A stretch of DNA of 63,307 nt, the filler included, from Craspedostauros australis (lineage: Eukaryota), in NCBI GenBank assembly GCA_030167865.1. It is 10 parts of 10 records of this genome, joined end to end, with 100 filler letters (N's around TTAATTAATTAA, not from the genome) between each part and the next. Parts side by side here need not be neighbours in the genome. Positions count along the whole stretch, not along the records: positions 1 to 28,055 come from JALAGF010004839.1; 9 more parts are not named here. One strand, written 5' to 3'. A program made the translations under genes and the position numbers. Below, one piece after another: positions 11,949-24,196 of the stretch. The first letter of the stretch is position 1, and each line of letters starts with the position of its first letter. Under the pieces are notes generated by a model. The model was not told the DNA's origin. It ran no database searches and was given only the letters and a program-made list of their open reading frames with translations.

Positions 11949-14025
11949 CTAGTAACATTTGGAACAGCACAAACACTCCACGTCGCCGCCGCCGGTGCTC
12001 TTGCAGTTGACCGTGAGATGCTGCAGTATCTGTTCCTGATTGACGAGCCGACACACTTCGGCTGGCATGGTGCCGGTCAGCTCCACATTTTCGTGCAGCT
12101 GCAAACTGGACAGGCTGGAGAGCTTGCCCAGCGCCGATGGGATGGCGCCTTCGAATTGGTTGTTCTGCAGATGGGCCGTCTGCAGTTTGTAGAGTCGGCC
12201 CAATCCGGAGGGGATGGCGCCCGTCATGGCGTTGTTGTTGACGTGCAGGTGCTTCAAATCGACGAGCGACGGCATGCTGACGGGGAAGGAGCCGGTGAGC
12301 TTGTTGGTGCCGAGGTAGAGGGACTTGAGCTTGGTGAGGGTGGTGAGGAGGGTTGGGAAGGCACCCTCCAACTCGTTGTGATCGAGGCGCAACGATGTGA
12401 GGGAGGAGAGGTACTCGATCTCGGTCGGAATAATGCCGGTGAAATCATTGACGTGCAGGGACAGTTCCGTCAGGCGCGTTGTTTGGGTGAAGATGGTGCC
12501 TGGAATTGGCCCGCTCAATCCGGCGCGGTCCAAGAGCAAGATTTCTGTGTTGACCATCATCCATCCATGTCGGGTTGTGCAAGTGAGTATGGTGCGTGAG
12601 TGAGTGTACGAGTGAGTGTATGAGTGAGTGGACGCGTTTGAACAGATGTTTGTGCAGATGTTTGACACGATGATGGTGATAACACACTCACACAAAAAGG
12701 AGAGTCGATGCAAATATAATGATGGACTTACCAAGCTTGGTGAGCTCACCCAAGGCCAGCGGAAGGGAGCCTTTCAGAACATTGAATCCCAAACGCAAGT
12801 CGACGAGATCCGTCAGCTTGCTGAGGAAGGAGGGCACTTCGCCACTGAAATGGTTGCGATGCAGGTTCAAGACGGACAAATGCTTCAGGCCCCCCAAGTC
12901 GGGGATGGTGCCGGTGAAGTCGTTGTAGCCGAGATTGAGGATGCGCAGCGATTCCAAGGCGACGATATCTTCGGGGAGCCTCGAGACCAGCTTGTTGTGC
13001 GACACGTCGAGTTCGTGCAGACGCTGCATGGTGCTGTAGCCCTGAGGAAAGAGGCCGTCCAGATTGTTGCGGCTGACCTTGAAGATGCGAATGATGGGCC
13101 ACTTGGCCGGCAGGGCGCTGGGAAGCACGCCTCCGACGAGGTTGTCGGAGATATCGAATTCCTGGATGCCCGTGAAGAGCTCGATCTCGTTTGGAATGAC
13201 GCCGCGCAGCTTGTTGGATGGCAGCTTGATGATGTTGATTTCGTCGTTGGCATCGAACTTGAAGGGCGCGCGCACGGTGCCGCCTTCCTCGTCGACGTCG
13301 ACGTTGTCGACCTCGTTGTGCGTGAGTTCCTGCGGAGCGTAGCACTCGATTCCGAACCAATCGCAGTAGCCGACCTGCGTCATCCAGTTGTCCTCGATCG
13401 CCCAGGGCGCGACGTCGGTGCTGCCGCTCGTCTCATCGATGTCGTGGAAGGAGAAGTACATGACGGCGATGACGTAGCGATTGGCCATGTACTCGTCGTG
13501 GACCGCGAGCTGCGCGTCATCCAGATGCGACGCCCAGCGCAGGGCCTTGGCTTGCGGGGAGTTCGGATCGTCCAGCACCTCCTTGGCCGTGATGCCGCGG
13601 TTGCTGATGGCGTCGGCCAGTTCATCGAACCGCGCCTGATCGAAGCTGCGCTTGGGCTCGTATCCCGGCAGCGCCGTGTTGGGGAAGCTGCGCTTGCTCC
13701 TGCCGCTGTCGCTGCTGTCATCGTCGTCGTTTGTGGTGAAGAGGACGATGACGCCCACCAAGAAGCTGACGAGGAAGACGGCCACGAGGCCCACGGTGAC
13801 CCAGCGTCCGCTGAAGACGCTGCGGCCGCGCTTGGAGATGAACTCCTCGCCCTCCATGTCAGCGGCATCGCCGTAGTCGATCATGTTGTCCACCATGCCG
13901 CTGCTGCGGGAGCTGGAGGCGCGCGCGTTGTTGCGCTGCATGCCCACGGGGGTGCTGCCTCCCGCATGGGACAGCGAGGTGCCTCCCTCTGCGTTGAAGC
14001 CGCTGTTTGGTCTGCGTGACGACAT
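11949..14025 (-). CDS. LRR receptor-like protein 2, 2 exons
   Basis: Exons 14025-12732 and 12544-11949, with a phase-1 GTAAG..CAG intron at 12731-12545. TM segment VTVGLVAVFLVSFLVGVIVLF, SPQAKALRW, CDWFGIEC, LRRs, C-terminus VECLCCSKCY. Confidence 0.9.
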
Positions 14026-14813
14026 GCTTGGAGTGCTTCTTCTGTGTTGTGCAAGTGAATGTGTTCTTTGTGGGTCTCCAGGTGGTTGTTGGATGGAGAC
14101 AAAGGCAGGAGATGCAGGAGATGAAGTGGTGGTCTACTGCCCGTTCACAGTTTTGGGAAGGTCTCTTGTTGTTTGCTTGCTGGTTGTTTTCTTCGTGTGT
14201 CTTCACGCTGTCGTTGATGCTGTTCTCACAACAGATAGATTCGTTGGACAAGACAGCGCGCCACCGTGATTTTCATGCTGTTCTGCTTCGCGGGACACGA
14301 AAGATCGTTCGCCACAAAGCAACTTCGTGCCCAAAGGGTCATCCAAATGGCTTCTGAAACACCGTGTAGAACCTCGTACTGAATGTACGTATGGGCGTAA
14401 TGCATCAATCCAAACCAGCCCTCTTTCTCACTCCGCGTTTGCGTGGGAGAGTCGGAAGGATCTTGGTGGTTTTTGCGCACTTCGAGCCGTTGCACTCGCG
14501 CAAAGAGGGGCGATGGCACGGTACCATACGTACCAATCGAGTGCCTGTGACCGAGCACAAGTATCCGCACCGAAACTGGAGCAAAGAGCAACCGAAGCAC
14601 AAAGCAACATCATCCGCTCTGTGACAACGCTCCATTCAGGTTGCCAGATCTCCTTCTCTTGTTCTCAATAGAAGCTGCGGACGACAACTCCATTGTGCGC
14701 GTAGAGTAGATCGTAAGGTGTCATCGACTCCAAACAGCACAAGAAGCAACAGCAATAAGCAACAGCACAAGAAGCAACAGCAAGACAAGTCTTCACCAAG
14801 AAAAGTCATCACC

Positions 14814-16972
14814 ATGGCATCCGAAGATAACCAGAAGAAGATGGAGAACGCCCGTCGGTTCCTGTGGGACGAAGACGAGGACAATGGCAACAACAGCAGC
14901 TTCAGCGGCCAGAACAGCATCAGCATGAGCAACAAGCCCTTCTCGGGCCGCAACGAATACAACGTGGACCAGTCCGTCAACCTCATGGCGCGCGATGGCG
15001 ACGAAGGCATGGGCATCCAGATGGCCTCCGCCGCGTACCCCAAGAAGAAGCAATCGCAGCGCCGCGTCAGCCCCCTCCTGCAGTACCTCATGGACCTGTG
15101 CGGCGAATCGCGCAAGGGATGCGGCATGGTGCTGTGCGTGCTCATCGTCGTGCTCTTCTTCATCGTCGTCTTCCACGCCGTGCACCCGTCCGACGGCGGC
15201 GACAGCAAGGCCACCAGCAACAGCGACACCCTCAAGTACACCAAGGTCCAATGGAGCTCCGAGCAGGAGAAGCTCGCCAAGTCCATCATCCGCAAGGGCA
15301 TCTCCACGGACTACGACCTCCACAACAAGCACTCGCCGCAGTACAAGGCCCTGCAGTACGCCATCGACTCGCAGAAGGACGGCGCGTCCGTCCCAGACGA
15401 GCTCATCGACACGCGCTACATCCTCAGCGTCTTCCACCACGCCCTCAACGGCGACGACTGGGCCTTCCAAGAGCCATCGCGCTGGTTCTCGGAGACCGAC
15501 AAGTACTGCATGTGGCAGGGCGTCTACTGCGTGCCGCGCGCCTACACGGGTCAGCCCGGCGAGATACCCGTCGCTCCGGACCAAAATGACGACATTTCCG
15601 ACATCGCTGCGGACGTCCCCAACTACGACGGCGAGGAGCTCCTCACGCGCACCTACGATGCGGAGGAACCGATCATCGCCATCGAACTGCCCAACTTCAA
15701 CCTGCAGGGCAAGCAGCTGCCCAAGGAGATCTTCCACCTTCCCCTGCTCGGCGTTCTCGACCTCTCCAGGAATCAGATCGAAGGATCGATCCCCGACCTA
15801 TCCGCCGCCGGACAGCGCTTCTCCACCATCAACCTCAGCTCCAACCAGCTCTCCGGACCGCTGGAGCTCACCACCGCCGATCTCACCGAGGGCATCGCGC
15901 GAACACTGCACGAGCTGTACCTCGACGACAACAACCTCTCGGGCAAGCTCACGAAGGATTTCTTGCGACAGATCCGCTCCGTGCGCCACCTCACCCTCAA
16001 CGACAACAAGCTCAACGGTGCGATCCCCTCCGATATCGCGGAGGTCACGCATCTCGAATACCTCTCCCTGCACAACAACGCGTTGTCGGGATCGCTCAAC
16101 GGCGCCGGTATCAAGGACTGGAGTCCGGCCCTCATCGAAATCCAGTTGCAATTCAACTCGCTCACGGGGCCTCTGCCCACCGAAATCGAGGCGTTGACAC
16201 GATTGGAAGTGCTGCGGCTCGATCACAACGGCATGTCGGGCAGCATCCCGAGTCTCTTCGCGGCTCTGTCGCGATTGACGGAGTTGAACCTCCAGTTCAA
16301 CGAATTCGATAGCGAATTGCCGGAGGATATGCATCAGTTGTCGGATTTGAGTGAGTTGTTGCGACGCGTTGTGTTGCGTTGTGCTGTGCTGTGCTGTGCT
16401 GAGTAGACGGTTGTGTCGAGTAATCTGTTGTGAGTAATTGCACCATGGGCATCTTGCATCGTCTCACATCTTCGCTTTGCTTCCTCAACCATTCGCTTGA
16501 AAACCTACATCCACTTTCCTTCTCCTTTTCTACCATTTCAGAGAGACTGCTGCTCAACGACAACAAGATCACTGGCACGATCCCTGAACACTTCGGCCAA
16601 CTGCGCGACATCAAGATGCTGCACCTCAACAACAACGAAATCCATGGTGAAATCCCAACGACCATCGGTCTGCTCGAAAACCTGCGCGATTTCCGCATCC
16701 AGAACTCCAACATGTTCGGTTTCATCCCGTCGGAACTGGGCAACTGCTTCCGTCTCCAGGATCTCTTCCTCCAGAACAACAACGGCCTCGATGGCTACAT
16801 CCCAACCGAATTGGCGGACCTCGACGAGCTGCGCGTGCTGCATTTGGAAGGCACATCGCTGAAAGGCGACATTCCTCCCAAGTTCTGCTCAGGGTACCGC
16901 GACAGAGATCTTGAGCTGCTCACGGCCGACTGTCAGGAAGTCAAATGTGATTGCTGTTCGAAGTGCTACTAA
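14814..16972 (+). CDS. LRR receptor-like protein 3, 2 exons
   Basis: Exons 14814-16350 and 16542-16972, with a phase-1 GTGAG..CAG intron. TM segment MVLCVLIVVLFFIVVF, SPQYKALQY, CMWQGVYC, LRRs, C-terminus VKCDCCSKCY. Confidence 0.9.
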
Positions 16973-17819
16973 AGTGGAGGAACAGCAGGAGAGACAGATT
17001 GTGAATGTTCAGCCAACGCGGCGTGCACTGCGAATGTGCCAACTCTCCAAATAGTCGCACGGCACTCGTCCATTTGGATCATTGCGTGCATCGAGACCCA
17101 GATGAACACACGCATGGACGAATGGATGCTGATTCGTGCGCGAGTGAGTGAATACCATACGTACGTAGTTCGGTGAAGGGACGCAACGGGAATGCGTCGT
17201 CAACGTCAGAGTGCTGTACCTCTCCAGGAACTACATTTACATAACACAAGAGTTACATACGAGTGTTATGTAGTACTCGACAACTGCCTCGGGCATAGTG
17301 TGCTCGTACGAAGACCATCGCTGCTGCATCATCTCGATCCATGGTCTGGAATTGGAAAGGAAACAAAGGTATCTTTGTGCTGCTTTCGGCACCGACTTTC
17401 GCCATTCTGTTGATGGATGCGCTCGTGATCGCAAGTCCCGTTCATTTCTTTCGTCCGACCGTCGACAGCGAAGCCATCAAACAAGATGTTTCTGTTGTTC
17501 TCGATTGCGGCAGGTCCACCAAAACCCATCGTGGTTGATGGGTCGCCCCTCAACACATCAACAGAATCCTTGAGATTTGGATCCGTTGGTTGATGGACAA
17601 GCACAACGACAGCACTCTCCATCGATACCCATCATAGAGCAGACTGCACCGCATTTGTGATACACTTCAATAGATCAGAGTACGTACTCTGACGCACCAC
17701 CACACAAGAAGCGCTCCAATCCATCGCGCTGCATCACGACTGCTGCTCCCCTATTCTCGAAGCACAATCCTTCTTTGTGAAGCATGGCCATGCATTCATC
17801 GATGCACATCGCATGCAGC

Positions 17820-19832
17820 ATGCGATTGCTGTTGCTCTTGTCGGCACTGGCCGTGGTGCAGCCGTTCGCAACGCGACAGACCTTCGTGGCACCGGTCCAG
17901 CGTATGCGCCGTGTGCCGTTCTGCCGTCCACCGTTTCTGCACGCGGCCAAGAAGAAGGGTGGCGATGACATGGAGGACGACATCATCGGCGACGAAGGCG
18001 ACTGGGAACCGGACGAATCCGAGCTGCTGAATGGCATGGATGACATCGACGTGGAGAGCGTGCAGCTCGATGATCTCCAGGATGCTTCGGTGGTGATTGT
18101 GGACGAAGATGTTGCGGAGGAGGCTCCCCCTGTGGCAGAGGACGAGTTGATCGATGATGACGAGGACGACCTCGAGATCAGCGAAGAGTTCGAATGGGAG
18201 GACGAGGACGACGCGAGCGATCTTGGAGATGCCGCCGCCGTAGTGGCAGCATCCACAGCCGTGGCTGCGTCGGCCCAGCCGAAGGTGGAAGAAGAGGCCG
18301 TCGACGTCGATGCCACGGGCTCCGGATTCAGCGGCAAGCTCGACGCGAACGACGAGAACTTCAACGCCGTTCCGCTTCAGGATGATCCTGACGATCCCGA
18401 CTACCAATCCAAGAAGGAGGAGGTGGAAGCCACCGTGGAGCGCCGAAAGAAGATCATCCCGACCACCAAGTTCGATCCTTACGAGGTGCTGGACAACATG
18501 TCCGAGGAAGAGTTGGAGAGCTTCGAGAATATGCCCTACATGAAGGAGCTGCAGGCCAAGGTCGACGAAGCGATGCCAGGTACGCTCGAGGAAGAAGATC
18601 TCGAGGGAATTGACATCGAAAAGGAGATCGAGGAGTCATCCGATCTCCTGAACGACGACCCGTACGAGAACACTGGCGAGGTTGACATCTTCGGCACAGG
18701 TGTTGACGATGACATGATGGAGAAGCTGGATGATGCATGGAAGGCCATTCACAAAATCTCTGACCAGGAGTCATGGAACAAGGTGGATGTCAAGTCCCGG
18801 AACATGGACTGGAGCACGCTCAGCGCGGAGACGCTGTCGGAGATGGAGGACTGTTTGGATGAGATTGGTGGCAGTTCGTACAACGTCACGAATTGGCTCC
18901 TCTACGACCTTGACTTCAACGTCACCAACCTCCTGCTGGCTGCCATCAAGCACAACCCCAACGCACCCATCCTTCTCCAGCACTGGTACCCGCAGATGGC
19001 CACCTACAAGCGCTACGAAGCCGAACGCTCTCGCAACTTCGATTTCACCTGGGACGACGTCGACGCTGCCGACATAACGGAGCTCGAGACTTACTACGCT
19101 GGCTTCGGGTACAACGAGATACCCAAGAAGCAACCGGCCGAAACGGGCATCATTGGAATGGGCGACCTGGACGAGGAGGAGATCAAGATGGCAGCATACC
19201 AAGAGTGGATGAACGAAGTCTACAACCCCGAATGGGACAGAAAGGACTTCGACGACGACGATCTGAGAGATGAGGACAACGTGTACTCCAAATTCTTCGA
19301 GGAGCCGCAGCATCCCGATCTGCCCAAGTACGAGGATGTGGAGGAGGATATGCTCGAATGGAAGGAAGACTTCGATGAGAGGTACGCCGACGAGGACGGA
19401 AACCTGGCCCCCGAGGACAAGAAGCTGCGCGATCACTACGGAGAGGAGATCAAATTGAACACCGTCTACGACGAAGAATTCCAACGAGAATTCCGAGGCC
19501 ACCTCATCATAGCCTGCACCGCTGACGACTCCGACCTCGAGATCGCCGAGAAGATCACGGCCCGCATGAAGGAGGAGTTGGGGAAGAAGGTGTGGGTCGA
19601 GACTCGCGTCCTCGCGCACGCCCGCGAGGAGGACAACGTGTTCGAGGTCTGGCTGGAGAGCTACGACATCGAGCTCCTGCATTCCAAGAAGCGGGCCCTG
19701 GCCAACAACAAGGGTTGGACGGGCCCCGCCGTGTGCGACGACGCGCAGGTCGAGTACCTCGTGGAAGAGGTCCGTTTCCTGGTCAGCGACGAAAAGCGAT
19801 ACAGCTACACCTTCAACGTGGACTTGGCCTAA
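17820..19832 (+). CDS. Highly acidic, probably plastid-targeted protein of unknown function with a C-terminal SelW/Rdx-like domain
   Basis: Long intronless ORF with strong codon bias. Signal peptide MRLLLLLSALAVVQP|F is followed by an Arg-rich transit-like segment. D/E-rich body; C-terminus VFEVWLESYDIELLHSKKR. Confidence 0.8.
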   Translation: MRLLLLLSALAVVQPFATRQTFVAPVQRMRRVPFCRPPFLHAAKKKGGDDMEDDIIGDEGDWEPDESELLNGMDDIDVESVQLDDLQDASVVIVDEDVAEEAPPVAEDELIDDDEDDLEISEEFEWEDEDDASDLGDAAAVVAASTAVAASAQPKVEEEAVDVDATGSGFSGKLDANDENFNAVPLQDDPDDPDYQSKKEEVEATVERRKKIIPTTKFDPYEVLDNMSEEELESFENMPYMKELQAKVDEAMPGTLEEEDLEGIDIEKEIEESSDLLNDDPYENTGEVDIFGTGVDDDMMEKLDDAWKAIHKISDQESWNKVDVKSRNMDWSTLSAETLSEMEDCLDEIGGSSYNVTNWLLYDLDFNVTNLLLAAIKHNPNAPILLQHWYPQMATYKRYEAERSRNFDFTWDDVDAADITELETYYAGFGYNEIPKKQPAETGIIGMGDLDEEEIKMAAYQEWMNEVYNPEWDRKDFDDDDLRDEDNVYSKFFEEPQHPDLPKYEDVEEDMLEWKEDFDERYADEDGNLAPEDKKLRDHYGEEIKLNTVYDEEFQREFRGHLIIACTADDSDLEIAEKITARMKEELGKKVWVETRVLAHAREEDNVFEVWLESYDIELLHSKKRALANNKGWTGPAVCDDAQVEYLVEEVRFLVSDEKRYSYTFNVDLA

Positions 19833-20412
19833 TGGAACAGCACACGCACAAGTAGAGTTAGTTTTGGTGGAGGATAGCGGAGTATGGAACGGTAGGAAAG
19901 GACGAGACCATTCATAATTAGAAATGGCAGGTATAGCCATACAAAGGAAGTTCCTTGCGTTCTCCTACCACTTCTAGCATGGTGTCTACTGTATTACGTC
20001 CAACCGTGAACAGAAGCGACCACCCATCTATGTCCTTATCTAGCCTCGATTCGCAGGGTTACGACATGTACGATTAATGTGGACACCGAGGGACTCAATT
20101 GACTCGCTTGACTATTTCGGAGACAATCCAACGCTTCCCACGAACACGATCGCGAAATCGGACACGACCAACGCCCACACACGAGACAACGAGAAGCAAG
20201 GAACAACAACGACGACGATCACCGCAACGGCCACAACACGAACGAAAACACAACGCAAATCAACGCAAATCAACGGAGACGCCATCCTCAACCACACAAG
20301 CGAAACCAAAGAGGACACGAAGCAACATCACCATCATCGTCGTCAAGGAGACAACAACAAGAGAGCAACGAAGCACCGAAGCAAGGATACCACGCAAAGG
20401 AAGACAGACACC

Positions 20413-21527
20413 ATGGCAGGATACGGAGAACCGTCGTGGTTGAACACGCAGACTGATGATCGCGGCGCGACACAGGAAGCAGATATTGGCACTGGCGTGA
20501 GGGCGCCGCAGCCTGTCGAGTGAGTCTTTGCCTCGCCTTGCGCTTCTCTCTCTCTCTCTCTTGGGTTGCTTCGTGCTTGCTTCCGATGCTCTACATGTGA
20601 TGGGAGATGGATACTGCCCAACGAATTCAACCCCATCATTTGGAGGGAGAGGGCTGTTCGATCGTATCTCGTCGCTTGGCTTGGGTGATAGAACGGCAGA
20701 TAGCAGCCATCGTTGTCGCAGCTGGTCAGCCGTTGTGCGTCGCATCCAGACCATTCTCATGCAAGAACAGGACGTTCAACGCAGACATTGGTGTCAGATT
20801 GTTGGCTTTTTGTCGCATTCGCATCTCCATTTCGAACTACAATGTCATCTAACCCCATCTTCTTTTGGCTTTTTCCACATGATATTGCATTGGATTGGAT
20901 TGCATCTCATTCTGCTCACTTGCATGGCATGTCATGTCATGGCGTGATTGGAATACCTTAATCTGCTGCTTTCGTATGGTACGCAACGAATTCATGTGAA
21001 CAAACCAAATACTACACAACCGATACTGCAACAGCAATGGCACAAGGAACGGAGGCGGCAAGGGAAACTGGATCCTGGTGGCACTCTCGTTTGCCGACAT
21101 CGGATTGTCCGTGATGATGAGCGGCCTCGGAGTGCTCACGCTGATCGAAGTGCACAACGAAGGCAAAGCCGATGAGATCAGCGAGCCGTTCCTCGCGTCC
21201 TACATGATCATGTTTGCTGTGCTCCTGTTTATCTACGAGGTCATGTGGTGGATGCCAGCACCGGGTATCAACAAGGCCGTCCGAAGGAACTTTGGCTTCA
21301 TGTACGGATTGCGCGGCAAGGGATTCTACCTCATCTTCGTCGCATTCCTGTGTCTGGGACTCGGCAACGACGCCTCCGTCAAGGAGCTCAACTGGGCCAC
21401 CGGAATCGCCTTTCTGCTTGTCGGATGTCTTCACATCTTCGTCGTGTGTTCACATCCAGAAGTCGCCACGCAGTACGTCGCACCATCGGCAGGTTTGGAG
21501 ATGGATGACACTCCCAACGTTGTGTAG
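20413..21527 (+). CDS. COPI-associated / TVP15-like Golgi membrane protein, 2 exons
   Basis: Exon 1 20413-20519 (MAGYGEPSWL...), intron 20520-21034 (GTGAG..ACAG), exon 2 21035-21527 in frame. About 4 TM helices with YMIMFAVLLFIYE and RRNFGFMYGLRGKGFYLIFVAFL, typical of the COPI_assoc family. Confidence 0.8.
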
Positions 21528-22702
21528 AGCCGAGTCGAGTACTCCAGACTGCTTCGACGTTCGCTGGGTTCCATCTTCAATTCAATTCAACTGCATCCGC
21601 TCAAATGTATTTTACGTAAACTTGGTCATTCAATCACTGAAGTAATCAATAGAAAATAGCAAGCGCACCGTGTTTCCATTGTAGAATACTTGCATTGTGG
21701 TCGTTTCCGTGTTCATCGCATGGTGTCGAGATCTGTCCACTGTGCGAAGTGAGAGATTGCAATTGCCAAAGAGCGCCGAGTACGTCTGCACAAACGCTCC
21801 AGCAATTCATTGCGTTCGCAGGCATGACGTATTCACTGTCATATCTTCACGAGACATGATACAGGCACGAGAGTTGACGATACCATGCAGACAGTGGAGG
21901 CCCAACCCAGTCCATTCTGTTCCGTTCTCGTCTCATATCTCATCAACGCCTCTTCCGATCCTTGCTTGTCGCCATCACACACAATTCCGGCCATGGAACG
22001 CTCCACTCGACAACATTCCATCCATTGACACATTCATGCATCCATCCATTCAAACCGGGATATGTATGAAACCGTTGAAACGACGTTACACGATAGCCGC
22101 CATTACCAATCATGGACAACACAGCAATGAGACAACTGCACTGACGTATACGACATCGATAAGACTCATAATCTGCATCTTTACTCTTTTCACTCTAAAT
22201 CGGTTTCACGTGTGTCGTAACTTGGTTTATCATTCTCATCCGCTCATGCGGGCATGTGCGAGCGTGCAGGGACCGCCTGAAGAGGCGACGATAATACTGG
22301 AACCCCGCTCCGAGGGTGGACCGTCACCAAGCCGGCACTGCTTGTACTGTGCTGCATCCTCTTTGACCATGGTGTGCTGATGCAAAGTGACCGGCATCAG
22401 CGGGATGCAATCTCACCGTTCGCATTGCGAGGTGTTGATGACACTGGTGGACGCACCGACCGTAGGTCACACGGAAATTCCTACTGAGACACACGCTGTC
22501 ATCAGCGAAAAGATCGTGTGCCTTGTTGCCCGGTCTGTGTTTCTCATCGCGGATTGACACCGCGAAAACACACGTTGAAACGCATTTTCACGTCGAAAAC
22601 ACACCATGTCCCAGTGTGATTTTCTTGACAACACAATCTCTCCCTCCCTTCACCACTTCTCTCTCATCATCATCAACAACGCTATACACGAACATCAACA
22701 AC

Positions 22703-24196
22703 ATGGCAGCCGCTGCAAATCCCAACGCCAACGAGATACGTGACTATTGCAAGAACGTACTCAGCTTCCCCGATGATGACATCGTCGATGCTTTGGAGGA
22801 TCAAGGCTTGACCAAATTCGATGATTTCCTCTCCATCACAGACAAAGGCGTTACTGCCCTGTGCAAGCGCATCTGTGACGGTAGCGGATTCATTGAAAAT
22901 CCTGCATACAAGGCGGGAGCCAAGGGCAACATACCACCACAAATCAAGGATCCAGGCATCAGCGTTGGTTGGGTTCATGAAACGAAACTGCGCCAACTCC
23001 GCTATGCACGATTCCACTTCCAACGTATTCAACGCCCCTTCACGGCAGCAGAGGCGCCCATGGACCGCCTCGTTGCGCTGTGGGAACTCTTCCTCGAGGA
23101 ATAACGTATCAAGAAAGAAACCGAGATGGATATGCCAGAACGGCTGGTCAAAGTGGACCGTGTCCGTGACAGCCTCGAAGACATGCAGAACTACTTGGAG
23201 AACACACATGGTGCACTCGACACTCCACTTTCCTATGTGATCCGTGAGGATTCACGCAAACCCGAAGACCGCACACCGGCCATCAACGACGGATTTGGTG
23301 TACCCACCATGAAGGAGGAGTTAATCGATCGTGCAATCCATGAAGGCATCCGTTATGACGCAGACAACGCCAAAGTGTGGCAGGTTGTTCGCCATGTCAC
23401 TCACGGCGGACCTGCATGGGCTTGGGTCCAAGGCTTCGAGCGCGCACGCAATGGTCGCGCAGCATTTATCGCACTCAAGGAGCATTACCATGGTGACTCG
23501 TTTCAGGCTCGTACCAAGGCAACAGCATCCAAGACAATTGCAACGAGCTTCTATGACGGCAAATCGCGTCAATTCACTTTTGAACGATACGCACAGATCA
23601 TGAAAGGCGCATTCGAAGACATGGCACGATGCGGCGAACCACTCGTGAACGCGGCGAAAGTGCGTCACTTCCTCGATGGTATCCGTGATTCTCGTCTCGA
23701 CAGCGCATGTGTTGCTATCAAAATCAACGAAGCTCTCCGTGAAGACTTGCCCGGGGCCATCAATGTCCTGAGCGAAGTCATTGACCACAAGCAAATCGCG
23801 TCACCCAGACGTTCCATTGGCTCGATGGACCGTGGCAAAGGCGGTCGTGGCAACCGCAATGGAACACCAAGCAAGGGTGGTCGCGGAGGCCAAGGCAAAC
23901 CCAAGAAGTATGATCCGAATATGGTCATCACCGATCGCCACTACTCACCCGACGAATGGTCGGTCATGTCGTCCGCACAGAAGACCAAAGCACTTGAGAT
24001 GCGTGCTGAACGAGACAAGCGCCGTGGGGTCATGTCGGTGGGCAGAAACACACCATCGAAGCGTCCACATGAAGAGACGGCTGGCCATTACGGACCAACT
24101 GATGCTGCTAACCAAGGCAGCAGTCCATCTGGCACCAACAATCAGGCTGGAATCGGCAGCATGGCCACTCGTCGCAACCAACAAGGACGTTCCTGA
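22703..24196 (+). pseudogene. Copia gag with one internal in-frame TAA (23102-23104)
   Basis: ORFs 22523-23104 and 23126-24196 are in the same frame. Contains TPLSYVIRED, DNAKVWQVV, RNGRAAFIAL, YDG...FTFERY, KVRHFLDGI, YSPDEW. No CCHC knuckle. Confidence 0.75.

Noticed and set aside
12628..16197. Long antisense/alternate-frame ORFs over the LRR genes (463, 400, 314 aa), and similar ones over Clp, PfkB and 17820-19832
   Set aside because: Shadow ORFs expected from GC3-rich codon usage; no recognisable motifs.
21660..22240. 5' LTR and PBS of the CoDi element
   Set aside because: Likely present (possible end at ...TTTATCA 22232), but the 3' LTR is beyond the contig end, so boundaries and TSD cannot be supported.
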